Of a stretch of DNA of 39,717 nucleotides, positions 25,201 through 33,718 are shown one piece after another. Position 1 is the first letter of the stretch; every line of letters starts with the position of its first letter. A model generated the notes under the pieces. The model did no database searches, had not been told where the DNA came from, and saw only the letters and a list, made by a program, of their open reading frames with translations. The translations under genes were made by a program, and so were the position numbers. The stretch is from NCBI GenBank assembly GCA_964435835.1, contig CAYSZX010000006.1, forward strand, positions 1 to 39,717, given 5' to 3'. The stretch is from an uncultured Candidatus Saccharibacteria bacterium. Its GTDB lineage: Bacteria > Patescibacteriota > Minisyncoccia > Minisyncoccales > JANBVM01.

Positions 25201-26666
25201 TTCTAAGGATAATTCGCCACAAAGAAACCTATATTTCAAAAGTAGAAAAGGTTGATTATGAAGGAACTATCTGGTGTCCTACTACTGAGAATGGAACTTT
25301 AATAGCTAGAAGAAAAGGTAAAGTTTTCGTGACTGGAAATTGTCCTTTTACAAATGTTACTTTAGACTTAAAACCATCGGCAGTTTTTGCTGATCAGCCA
25401 GTTATTATTGGCGGCAAACCTCAGGAAGAGACTTATGGAGAATTTGAATCTGAAATGCAGCTTTTAATTAAAGCTTTTTACGAAGTTATTTTGCAGGGAG
25501 ATAAAAGCGGTAGACCTTTTCATTTTCCGATTCCAACAATTAATATTACTAAAGATTTTCCATGGGGAAGTGAATCAGCTGATTTAATTTTTAAAGCTTC
25601 AGCTAAGTACGGAACTAATTATTTTGCTAATTACATTAATTCAGAAATGAAACCTTCTGACGTTCGCAGTATGTGTTGTAGGCTGAGGCTTGACTTAAAA
25701 GATTTGCATAACAGAGGTGGAGGAGGATTGTTTGGAGCGGGCTCTTTAACTGGTAGTATTGGAGTAGTAACAATTAATTTACCGAGAATTGCTTATCTTT
25801 CTAAAACTAAGAAGGAATTTTTAGAGAGATTGGAAAAATTGATGGATTTAGCAAAAGAAAGTTTGGAGATCAAGAGAAAGAGTTTAGAAGATTATATTGA
25901 AAAAGGTCTTTATCCTTATTCTAGATTTTATTTATCAAAGGTGAAAAAGATGAGGGGTGGTTATTATGCTAATCATTTCTCTACTATTGGTTTGGTTGGA
26001 ATGAATGAAACCTGTTTGAACTTTTTAGGAAAGGATATTGCTACAAAGAAAGGGCAGAAGCTATCTTTAAGTATTATGGATTTTATGAGAGATAAACTTA
26101 AAGAATATCAAGAAGGAACAGGTCATATTTATAATTTGGAAGCTACACCAGCTGAATCAACTGCTTATCGGTTAGCTATTGCTGACAAGGCAAAATATCC
26201 CGACATTATTACAGCTGGGACAGAAGATAATCCTTATTACACTAATTCTACCCAATTACCTGTTAATTATACTACTGATGCTTTTGAAGCTTTGGATCTT
26301 CAAGATGAACTTCAGTGTAAATATACGGGCGGCACTGTCGAACACCTATTTTTAGGCGAGAGAATTAAAGAAGTTAAAAGTGCAAAGAAGTTAGTTAAAA
26401 CTGTTTTTGAAAAATATCATTTACCCTATATTACTTTAACTCCAACTTTCTCAATTTGTCCTGTTCATGGTTATCTTTCCGGCGAACACTTTACTTGTCC
26501 AAAATGTGCTATTGAACAGCCCTGTGAAGTTTATTCCAGAATTGTCGGTTATTTAAGGCCAGTTAAAGAATGGAATGAAGGAAAGAAGCAGGAGTATAAG
26601 GAAAGGAAGGAGTTTAAAAATAAAGAATCTATATCTAAAGCCAATACTTCATTAGATTTATCATGA
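22278..26666 (+). CDS. nrdD: Class III anaerobic ribonucleoside-triphosphate reductase with ATP cone and two inteins (~712 aa after splicing)
   Basis: ATP cone VKKRDG...VEQIQD.VE, RSMCCRL finger loop, NLEATPAES, Zn ribbon CPVH...CPKC, glycyl radical motif YSRIVGY. Confidence 0.96.
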   Translation: MAKIKKVKKRDGAIVDFNKTKIKDAVYKAITAVKHGDGKDSQKITDKITKLLERRFKKDEIPTVEQIQDIVEEALILEGLVEPAKAFILYREQRRKVREAVEVSEKAVDRIDDYLGKLDWEIQENANMSFSLQGLNRYGISYIVKKYWLNKIYPEEIRKANQSCDLHLHNLDTLGCYTFFGREVVVAKLGNKIRLVSLKNLYDEIEKNEKLLSKKDKAFAKYPDNLYVLDRDGWTRVKRMVRKKKHREMQFVKSEQGRSIIVTDNHPFIVKRNDEEVEVEAKDVKEKKDSAFSAHIPSLLSEEELFQKDHIFLAEELLENNYQKFFLDGFEWQDFQENWGGSSDVEGTLSTSNSANSLDNKLELSEDLGYLVGIFTADGHYDSWRLVITNNDKQIIKKIRRICSNLGARTYIRENENKATQIAISSSSLKLVFEKVFKIKALSKNKNIPLDVLTYNKRFIKGLIAGIIDGDGSVDPENKSHSASQIVIRVVSRTMLEQVATLLQFFGIVARSGANISDIGKTKTFKGKEITQNYPLYRLNFSKKKGVDFPSFKYKQARATKKSWRAEEYDWNKVLNSKFTKIADDTIFDITTDSSTFLANGLLVHNCMGWDLYDLLNKGFGGVSEKLESKPPKHFGAALGQIVNFLYTLQGECAGAVALSNFDTLLAPFIRYDNLNYTQVKQAMQRFLHNMAVPTRVGFQCLSEDTEILTAEGWKGHEEIKKENIIKTFNLESGEIEDKKVLKMFSRDYKGKMYRLKNRIQDQLISPEHRVVRKKFNTENYTLEPIEETTKLKSPFIIPIAGKNSNPDTDISDEQIKLMAWIISEGSIEKPGKNYRSCHRVSIYQSRIKNKENYEEIINLFQHFGFEYTDRPQLGLGEEVRHLRLNAESSKEIHQWFGSKENVHFIPDCLLDLSQRQSRLFLETYLKADGSEDCKIATIRPALIDDLQRIVVNAGYGFTVLKRKPLGVGKKYLYILRIIRHKETYISKVEKVDYEGTIWCPTTENGTLIARRKGKVFVTGNCPFTNVTLDLKPSAVFADQPVIIGGKPQEETYGEFESEMQLLIKAFYEVILQGDKSGRPFHFPIPTINITKDFPWGSESADLIFKASAKYGTNYFANYINSEMKPSDVRSMCCRLRLDLKDLHNRGGGGLFGAGSLTGSIGVVTINLPRIAYLSKTKKEFLERLEKLMDLAKESLEIKRKSLEDYIEKGLYPYSRFYLSKVKKMRGGYYANHFSTIGLVGMNETCLNFLGKDIATKKGQKLSLSIMDFMRDKLKEYQEGTGHIYNLEATPAESTAYRLAIADKAKYPDIITAGTEDNPYYTNSTQLPVNYTTDAFEALDLQDELQCKYTGGTVEHLFLGERIKEVKSAKKLVKTVFEKYHLPYITLTPTFSICPVHGYLSGEHFTCPKCAIEQPCEVYSRIVGYLRPVKEWNEGKKQEYKERKEFKNKESISKANTSLDLS
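22809..24095 (+). mobile_element. Intein 1 in NrdD (429 aa, LAGLIDADG endonuclease, apparent Thr1)
   Basis: Starts TFFGREVVV; block B VTDNHPF; LVGIFTADG and IAGIIDGDG motifs; block F/G IFDITT...FLANGLLVHN|C. Removal restores LGCY-CMGWDL. Confidence 0.92.
24378..25340 (+). mobile_element. Intein 2 in NrdD (321 aa, LAGLIDADG-like, ends GN)
   Basis: Starts CLSEDTEILT; block B ISPEHRV; MAWIISEG and LETYLKADG motifs; IWCPTT.NG...VFVTGN|C. Removal restores TRVGFQ-CPFTN. Confidence 0.93.
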
Positions 26667-27376
26667 AGCTCGGGGGCATTGAAAAATTAACTCTCATTGA
26701 TTATCCCGGTAAAGTTGCAGCCACTGTTTTTACACTTGGCTGCAATTTTCGTTGTCCTTTCTGTTATTCTTCTGAACTTGTCATTCCTGAAAAGATTAAA
26801 AAGCAACCTCTTGTTTCTGAAGAGGCTTTTTTTAATTTTCTAGATGAGAGAAAAGGAAAATTGGAAGGGGTTGTTATCTGCGGAGGCGAACCAACTTTTC
26901 ATAAAGATCTTCCTGATTTTATTAAAAAAATTAAAGAAAAGGGGTTTTTAGTTAAACTTGATACTAATGGTTCTAATCCGGCAATGCTTAATCAGTTAAT
27001 AAAAGATGGTTTTTTAGATTATGTAGCTATGGATGTTAAAGCTCCTAAGGAAAAGTATGGTTTTATAACTGGTCTGAAAGATCAATGGAATGATAAAAAG
27101 ATGAAGAAAATAGAAAAAAGCGTTAAAATTTTAAAGAAGGGAAAAATTAATTATGAATTCAGAACTACAGTAGTTCCTGATGTTTTAAAAAAAGAAGATA
27201 TTATTAAAATTGCTAATTGGCTGGAAGGAGCTAAAAAATACTATTTGCAAAATTATAGAGTTCAAAAAGAAACAATTAACCCAGAGTTTACAAAAAAGAA
27301 GCCTTATTCTGAAAAATCTTTAAAAGAAATTCGAAAAGAAATTAAGTCTAATTTTGATATTTGTAAGGTAAGATAA
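26663..27376 (+). CDS. nrdG: Anaerobic RNR activating enzyme (radical SAM)
   Basis: TLIDYPG, GCNFRCPFC, GGEPT, KLDTNG; ATGA overlap with nrdD. Confidence 0.93.
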   Translation: MKLGGIEKLTLIDYPGKVAATVFTLGCNFRCPFCYSSELVIPEKIKKQPLVSEEAFFNFLDERKGKLEGVVICGGEPTFHKDLPDFIKKIKEKGFLVKLDTNGSNPAMLNQLIKDGFLDYVAMDVKAPKEKYGFITGLKDQWNDKKMKKIEKSVKILKKGKINYEFRTTVVPDVLKKEDIIKIANWLEGAKKYYLQNYRVQKETINPEFTKKKPYSEKSLKEIRKEIKSNFDICKVR

Positions 27377-27401
27377 AGTTTTTCAATAAAAAAAGAGAAT
27401 T

Positions 27402-27785
27402 CTAAACTATTATTACTTTGCATGAATAGTTAGAATTCTCAAAGAATTTTTTAATTTTTGGATTGTCATCGATGAATACTTCAATTTTTTCCTTAATTAT
27501 TTTTTTAATCTTCTCTTTTCTTCCTCCTACACAAAAAACTTTTTCAAAAGGAATTTCGTGTTTTCTAAGCCACAATTTCGTTAACCCTGTAGAGAACGGT
27601 GGGCGGGAAGAAATGAAAAAGTATTTTATCTTTCCATTTTTTTTCCTAAGGTGATTGCTAATTTCTTTGTCGGGCTTTTTTATTAAACTGAAGGGGGCTA
27701 GAAGAGAGGACAATAAAAAACTAAAGTGAAACCCTGAAATGACTCCATCGATGTCCAGACCTACTTTCAATTTTGTAAAGGGCAT
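27402..27785 (-). CDS. Small HAD-superfamily hydrolase (nucleotidase/phosphatase-like)
   Basis: Motif I LDIDGV, motif II ISSR, Lys, motif IV FIDD. Confidence 0.75.
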   Translation of the reverse strand: MPFTKLKVGLDIDGVISGFHFSFLLSSLLAPFSLIKKPDKEISNHLRKKNGKIKYFFISSRPPFSTGLTKLWLRKHEIPFEKVFCVGGRKEKIKKIIKEKIEVFIDDNPKIKKFFENSNYSCKVIIV

Positions 27786-27891
27786 AGTTTTATTTCACTA
27801 AAATTATTCAAAATTGTCAAGTTTGATAATGTAACTTTTTTTGAATATAGCAAAATAAGAAAAATAGAAAAATGTTTATTATTGAATTAAT

Positions 27892-29352
27892 ATGAACAGT
27901 TCTACATCTTTTCTTTTTTGTTGTCTATTTTTTATTTTAGGAATATATTTAAGTTCTTTTTTTGATTTATATCCTTTTAATTATTTTGCTTGGATTTTTA
28001 TTTTAATCTTAATTTCTTTATTCTTTTTCAGGAAAAACATAAAAGTTTTTTCTTTTTTATTGTGCTTTTTATTTTTTGTTTTTGGTTTTTGGCGGTACCA
28101 ATCTTTTAGTTTTGAAATTAAAAACAATGATTTAAAAGATTATTTTGAAAAGCAGGTTTCTTTTGTTGGTATTGTTAGCGAAAGGCCTGAACCAGGCAGA
28201 GCAACCTCTAGAATGGAGATTGAACTGGAAGACTTTGATGCTAAGATTTTAGCTACTTCTTGGAAATATCCTCAATATAATTATGGCGATAAATTAAAAA
28301 TAAAAGGCAAATTAGAAGAGCCTGTATCTTTTAATGATTTTGATTATAAATCTTATTTAGCTAAAGACAAAATTTATGGAGTGATGTACCAGCCTCAGAT
28401 TGAATTATTGGAAAAGGGACGGGGTAATTTTTTAAAAGAAAAGTTAATTGTTTTTAAAGAAAAACTAAAAGAAAGTATTCATCTAATTATGCCAGTTCCA
28501 CAAGCTTCTCTTTTGGAGGCTTTGTTTTTTGGTGATGAGGAAAGTATTTCTAAGGGTTGGATTGATAAATTTAATAATACGGGCACTAGACACATTACTG
28601 CTGTTTCCGGCATGAACATTACTATTATCTCTGCTTTAGTTTCGAACCTCTTATTATTTTTAGGTTTTTGGAGAAAGCAATCTTTTTATTTTTCTGTTCT
28701 TTTTATTGTTTTTTATGTTTCTATTATTGGAGCTCCCTCTTCAGCTGTTAGAGCCGGAATAATGGGCGTACTTTTACTAGTTTCTCAATATTTTGGAAGA
28801 GATTCTGATGGTTCAAGACTTATTATTTTTTCTGCTTTTTTAATGCTTTTATTTAATCCTTTATTGTTAATTTTGGATGTTGGTTTTCAATTGTCTTTTT
28901 TAGCTATTTTAGGTTTAGTGTATTTACAACCTATTTTTTCTAATTGGCTTGAAAAGGTTCCAAATTATTTTGAAATGAGATACACGTTATCGGCTACTTT
29001 TGCAGCTCAATGTTTTACTTTGCCTATCTTAATTTATAATTTTGGGAGAGTTTCTTTAACTAGCCCTCTTGTTAATTTATTTATCGTTCCTTTAATTACT
29101 CCACTCACTATTTTTGGCTTTATTTTAGCTTTTGTAGGATTAATATCTGTTCCCTTGGGAATAATTTTATCTTTTCCTGCCTGGTTGGTATTAACTTTTA
29201 TTTTTAAAATTATTGATTTGGCTTCTCAGTTTTCTTTTGGAAGTATTATTTTTAGGAACGTTTCTTTTGTTTGGGTTATTTTTTCTTATTCTCTATTGTA
29301 TTTGTTGATTCGGAAAATAAAAGAAAGAATGAAACTAAAAAGATTTGAGTAA
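27892..29352 (+). CDS. comEC: ComEC/Rec2 DNA uptake channel (no beta-lactamase domain)
   Basis: Multiple TM segments, OB-like region with FDY..YL, GTRHITAVSGMNI, SAVRA.IM, GFQLSF. Confidence 0.92.
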   Translation: MNSSTSFLFCCLFFILGIYLSSFFDLYPFNYFAWIFILILISLFFFRKNIKVFSFLLCFLFFVFGFWRYQSFSFEIKNNDLKDYFEKQVSFVGIVSERPEPGRATSRMEIELEDFDAKILATSWKYPQYNYGDKLKIKGKLEEPVSFNDFDYKSYLAKDKIYGVMYQPQIELLEKGRGNFLKEKLIVFKEKLKESIHLIMPVPQASLLEALFFGDEESISKGWIDKFNNTGTRHITAVSGMNITIISALVSNLLLFLGFWRKQSFYFSVLFIVFYVSIIGAPSSAVRAGIMGVLLLVSQYFGRDSDGSRLIIFSAFLMLLFNPLLLILDVGFQLSFLAILGLVYLQPIFSNWLEKVPNYFEMRYTLSATFAAQCFTLPILIYNFGRVSLTSPLVNLFIVPLITPLTIFGFILAFVGLISVPLGIILSFPAWLVLTFIFKIIDLASQFSFGSIIFRNVSFVWVIFSYSLLYLLIRKIKERMKLKRFE

Positions 29353-29441
29353 AAAAGGTTAATTATTAAATTTAAGTTGTTACTATAAGTTAATTTTGAT
29401 AAAATAAAGAATAATCTGAAAATCTTATTTTAATTAAAAAT

Positions 29442-30728
29442 ATGAATCAAAAAGCAAGAATTATTTCTGTAGATATGGGGTATGGTCATCAAAGAACGGC
29501 TCACTCCCTTAAAGAATTAGCTTATGAAGGTAAAATTATTAATGCCAATAATTATGAGGGAATTCCGGAAAGAGATAAAAAAATGTGGGAAAGCTTTAAC
29601 GAGCTTTATGAATTTATTTCTAGATTTAAAAGAATTCCTTTAATTGGTGATTTTGTTTTTGGTCTTCTTGATAAGTATCAGAAAATTAGTAAGTTTTATC
29701 CAAAGAGAAATTTATCAAAGCCTAATTTAGCTACTAAGAAAACTTTTGATTTTTTTGAAGATGGTTGGGGAAGCCATTTGGTTGGTTCTTTGGGAAGAAA
29801 GCCAATTCCTTTAATTTGTACTTTTTACATTCCAGCTTTTATGGCTGAATACTTTGATTATCCGGGCGATATTTATTGCACTGTCTGTGACGCTGATGTT
29901 TCCAGAGCCTGGGTTTCCTTAGATCCTTTTAGAAGCAGAATTAAATATCTTGCTCCTACCAAAAGAGTGGTTGAAAGATTAAAACTTTATGGAGTTCATC
30001 CTGATAACATCTTTTTTACTGGCTATCCTTTACCCTTCAGTAATACAGGAAAAGATTTAAATATTTTAAAGAAAGATTTAGCTAAGCGATTGTTAGTTCT
30101 TGATCCTAAGAAAGAATATTTTGAGAAATACGAATCATTAATTAAAAAGCATTTAAAGAAGGTGCCAAAAAAGAGTCTGCGCCCATTAACTGTTATGTTT
30201 GCAGTTGGTGGGGCGGGAGCTCAAAGAGAAATAGGAGGGCAGATTTTAAAAGGCTTAAAGAAAAAAATTAAAGCTAAAGAAGTCAAACTTATTTTAGTAG
30301 CAGGAATAAGAGAGAAGGTAAAAGATTATTTTTCCGATCAGGTAAAATCCCTTAAAATGAAAGACTTTTTAGGTGATGGTGTTGAAATAATTTTTCAAGA
30401 AGAAATAGAAGATTATTTTGAAAAATTTAACTCTGCTTTAAGAAGAACTGATATCATTTGGACTAAGCCGAGTGAACTATCTTTTTTTAGTGGTTTAGGA
30501 ATGCCCCTTATTCTTGCGCCTTGTATTGGTTCCCAGGAAGAATTTAATAAGAAGTGGCTTTTAAATTCTGGTTTTGCCATTGAACAACAAGACCCTCTTC
30601 ATGCCGATGAATGGATATTTGATTATTTGAAACAGGGCTGGTTAGCAGAAGCTGCTATGGAAGGTTTTGTTGAGACAGAAAAAAGAGGATTCTCTAGTAT
30701 TAAAAAAATTATTTCTAAAAAACGTTAA
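29442..30728 (+). CDS. Putative GT-B fold glycosyltransferase-like protein
   Basis: N-terminal VDMGYGHQR.A, TGYPL, GGAG, TKPSEL...G.P and QE..N resemble MGDG-synthase/UgtP-type GT-B motifs. Confidence 0.6.
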   Translation: MNQKARIISVDMGYGHQRTAHSLKELAYEGKIINANNYEGIPERDKKMWESFNELYEFISRFKRIPLIGDFVFGLLDKYQKISKFYPKRNLSKPNLATKKTFDFFEDGWGSHLVGSLGRKPIPLICTFYIPAFMAEYFDYPGDIYCTVCDADVSRAWVSLDPFRSRIKYLAPTKRVVERLKLYGVHPDNIFFTGYPLPFSNTGKDLNILKKDLAKRLLVLDPKKEYFEKYESLIKKHLKKVPKKSLRPLTVMFAVGGAGAQREIGGQILKGLKKKIKAKEVKLILVAGIREKVKDYFSDQVKSLKMKDFLGDGVEIIFQEEIEDYFEKFNSALRRTDIIWTKPSELSFFSGLGMPLILAPCIGSQEEFNKKWLLNSGFAIEQQDPLHADEWIFDYLKQGWLAEAAMEGFVETEKRGFSSIKKIISKKR

Positions 30729-31732
30729 TGTCTACTTTAATTAAAATCATTTCAATTGCTTTTTTAGTCTTATTGATTATTTTAGCTTCTTTGGTTATTT
30801 ATCTTTTCTCAGGAAGAGTTCCCAAAACGGAAAATCCTGAATTTGGCATTGTTTTTTCTCAAAAACACGCTCGTGATTTAGGTTTAAACTGGAAAATAAC
30901 TTACAGATCTTTATTAAGAGATCTAAAAGTTAAGAAAATAAAAATTGTTACTCACTGGGATTTACTTGAGCCTGAAGAAAACAATTATTACTTTAAAGAT
31001 TTAGATTGGCAGCTAACCGAAGCGGATAAAAAGGGAGCAGAAGTAATTTTAGTTATAGGAATGAAAACAGGCCGCTGGCCGGAATGTCATTTACCTAATT
31101 GGGCTAAAGAATTAAGTGAAAAAGAACAAAAAAAGAGAGTTATTGAATTAGTTCAAATTCTTACTACTAGGTATAAGGAGTCTGATCCGGTTGTTGCTTG
31201 GTCTGTTGAAAATGAACCCTTCTTTACCTTTGGTGATTGCCCTTGGGAAGATGAAGAGGTTTTGAAAAAAGAAATAGCAATGGTAAGAAAAGTTGATTCT
31301 TATTATGACCGCCCAATTATGATAACCGATAGCGGAGAAAGTTCTTTATGGCTAAAAGCTGCTCAGTTTGGGGATATTCTTGGAGTTACGATGTATAGAG
31401 AGGTTTGGATGACTGATTTAGAAAAATACTTTACTTTTCCTTTTCCTCCATTTTATTACTGGAAGAAAAAGGAAATAATTAATAATCTTTATGACAAGGA
31501 GGTTGTTTGTTCTGAATTACAAGCTGAACCATGGTGCCCAAGCCTGCTTTATAATTGTTCATTAGAAGAGCAGTCAAAGACTATGGATATCGATAAATTT
31601 AAAGAGTCTATTGAGTTTGCAAAACAGACAGGATTTGATGAATTTTATCTATGGGGATCAGAATGGTGGTATTGGATGAGAAAAGAACAAGATCGACCTC
31701 AGATATGGAATGAGGCTAAAAAATTATTCTAA
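30728..31732 (+). CDS. Membrane-anchored clan GH-A glycoside hydrolase-like protein
   Basis: N-terminal TM segment, W..LEP....Y.F..LD, VENEP (acid/base Glu), SELQAEPW (nucleophile-like Glu), LWG.EWW. Confidence 0.7.
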   Translation: MSTLIKIISIAFLVLLIILASLVIYLFSGRVPKTENPEFGIVFSQKHARDLGLNWKITYRSLLRDLKVKKIKIVTHWDLLEPEENNYYFKDLDWQLTEADKKGAEVILVIGMKTGRWPECHLPNWAKELSEKEQKKRVIELVQILTTRYKESDPVVAWSVENEPFFTFGDCPWEDEEVLKKEIAMVRKVDSYYDRPIMITDSGESSLWLKAAQFGDILGVTMYREVWMTDLEKYFTFPFPPFYYWKKKEIINNLYDKEVVCSELQAEPWCPSLLYNCSLEEQSKTMDIDKFKESIEFAKQTGFDEFYLWGSEWWYWMRKEQDRPQIWNEAKKLF

Positions 31733-32499
31733 TGATGCTTAGTATTATTATTCCAACTTTAAACGAGGAGGATTATCTTCCAAGATTTCTTAATGAAATT
31801 AAGAAACAAAGTTTTAGTAATTATGAAATTATAGTTGCTGATGCTAATTCTACCGATAGAACAGTTGAAATGGCTAAGCAGGCAGGTTGCAGGGTAGTAG
31901 AAGGAGGAATTCCGGCTAAAGGTAGAAATGAGGGGGCTAAAGCTGCCAAGGGAGATATTTTATTGTTTATGGATGCTGATAATTTTTACCTACCTGATAA
32001 TTTTTTTGAGAAAATTTTAACCGAATTCAAAGAAAGAGATTTAGATGCTGCTTATTTTACTCTTTATCTGGACGGAAACATAGTTGATAAAATTGTCTTT
32101 TGGGGCTATAATCTATGGACAAAGATTACTCAGAAATTTCTTCCGCATGCTTCCAATTCTACTTTAGTCAAGAAATCGATACACCAAAAGGTGGGTGGTT
32201 TTGATGAGACGATAATGTTGGCCGAAGACCATGTTTACGTGCGAGAAATTGGTAAATGTGGTAAATTTGGCTATATTGAACTTGAAGATCCGGTTTTGAC
32301 CTCTGCCCGAAGAATGGAGAGAGACGGAAGCGTTAAAACTTATGCTAAGTATTTATTAGCAGGTATTTATATGTTAGTTGTTGGTCCGATCAGAACGGAT
32401 ATTTTTAAGTATCGTTATTACAATCAGAAAATGAACTCTAAACTTAAAAAAGTAAAAGAGTTTATTAAAAACAATAATCATTTTAGAATGCATGATTAA
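31732..32499 (+). CDS. Family 2 glycosyltransferase
   Basis: SIIIPTLNEE, IIVADANSTD, GRNEGA, FMDAD, GGFDE...AED. Confidence 0.92.
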   Translation: MMLSIIIPTLNEEDYLPRFLNEIKKQSFSNYEIIVADANSTDRTVEMAKQAGCRVVEGGIPAKGRNEGAKAAKGDILLFMDADNFYLPDNFFEKILTEFKERDLDAAYFTLYLDGNIVDKIVFWGYNLWTKITQKFLPHASNSTLVKKSIHQKVGGFDETIMLAEDHVYVREIGKCGKFGYIELEDPVLTSARRMERDGSVKTYAKYLLAGIYMLVVGPIRTDIFKYRYYNQKMNSKLKKVKEFIKNNNHFRMHD

Positions 32500-33718
32500 T
32501 TATAATTTATCGGAATTTAATTTTTTAAAATCAAAGAAAAACAGAAAAAAACACAAAGACAATATCTTTGGTGTTTTAACTATTGCTGTTTCGGTTGCTT
32601 TTTTGGCCGGGATTTTAGCTAGTAATTTCTTTTATAATCAAATGGAGAGAAATCTTGCTCAGATAGTTCAGGAAAGATCTAGTTGCCAGTGTGATTATCA
32701 GGCAACTCCGGAAGAAAGAATTGTTCAGATAATAGAAGAAGTTTCTCCGGCTGTAGTTAGTATTGTGGCTACTAAAGAAATTCCTGTTTATGAAATTAAA
32801 GGTTCTGACTTTTTTCACTCTTTTGAACAAAAAGGAACAGAAGAGCAAGAAGTTGGAGAGGGAACAGGCTTTATTATTTCCGAAGACGGACTTGTTTTAA
32901 CTAATAAGCACGTTGTTTTAGATGAAGAAGCTAATTTCAAGATTTTAACTTTAGATGGTTCAGAATATCCGGTTGAAGTAATAGCTAGAGATCCAGTCCA
33001 GGATTTAGCTGTTTTAGAAATAATAGAAGTAGATCATTCTTTTCCTCAGGTTGAGCTGGGGGATTCCAGCAAAGTTAAGGTGGGCCAGACAGTGATAGCT
33101 ATTGGAAATGCTTTGGGAAAGTATCAAAATGCTGTTTCAACAGGAGTTGTTTCTGGTTTGGGAAGAACGGTTCAGGCTTCGGGAGGTAGTTTTTATGAAG
33201 TACTGAGAGATGTTATTCAGTCGGATACGGCTATTAACAAGGGTAATTCGGGAGGTCCTCTTCTTAATTTAGACGGGGAAGTTATCGGAATTAATACAGC
33301 TATTGATGTGGAAGGGCAAAACATAGCTTTTGCTATTCCTATCAATAAAGCGAAAAGAGATGTTGAACAAATCAGGACAACCGGGGAAATTGTTTACCCT
33401 TTTTTAGGAGTAAGATATGTGGCCGTTACTGAACTTCTCCAGAAACAAGAAGACTTACCTGTTGATTACGGAGCTTTGATTTTAAAAGGAGAAAGCGGAG
33501 AATCTGCTGTTATTCCCGGATCCGCCGCTGATAAAGCCGGAATAAAAGAGGGGGATATTATTTTAGAATTAAATGATCAGAAAATAGATTCTGATCATAG
33601 TTTGGGAGAGGAAATAATGGAATACTCTCCTGGGGAAGAGATTTCTGTTAAAATATTAAGAAATGATGAAGAAATTAATCTTAAAGCAATTTTAGAACAA
33701 AGAAATAAATATGAATAG
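32492..33718 (+). CDS. htrA: HtrA/DegP-family serine protease with one PDZ domain
   Basis: TM anchor, TNKHV (His), DLA (Asp), GNSGGPL (Ser), PDZ GSAADKAGIKEGDII. Confidence 0.93.
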   Translation: MINYNLSEFNFLKSKKNRKKHKDNIFGVLTIAVSVAFLAGILASNFFYNQMERNLAQIVQERSSCQCDYQATPEERIVQIIEEVSPAVVSIVATKEIPVYEIKGSDFFHSFEQKGTEEQEVGEGTGFIISEDGLVLTNKHVVLDEEANFKILTLDGSEYPVEVIARDPVQDLAVLEIIEVDHSFPQVELGDSSKVKVGQTVIAIGNALGKYQNAVSTGVVSGLGRTVQASGGSFYEVLRDVIQSDTAINKGNSGGPLLNLDGEVIGINTAIDVEGQNIAFAIPINKAKRDVEQIRTTGEIVYPFLGVRYVAVTELLQKQEDLPVDYGALILKGESGESAVIPGSAADKAGIKEGDIILELNDQKIDSDHSLGEEIMEYSPGEEISVKILRNDEEINLKAILEQRNKYE

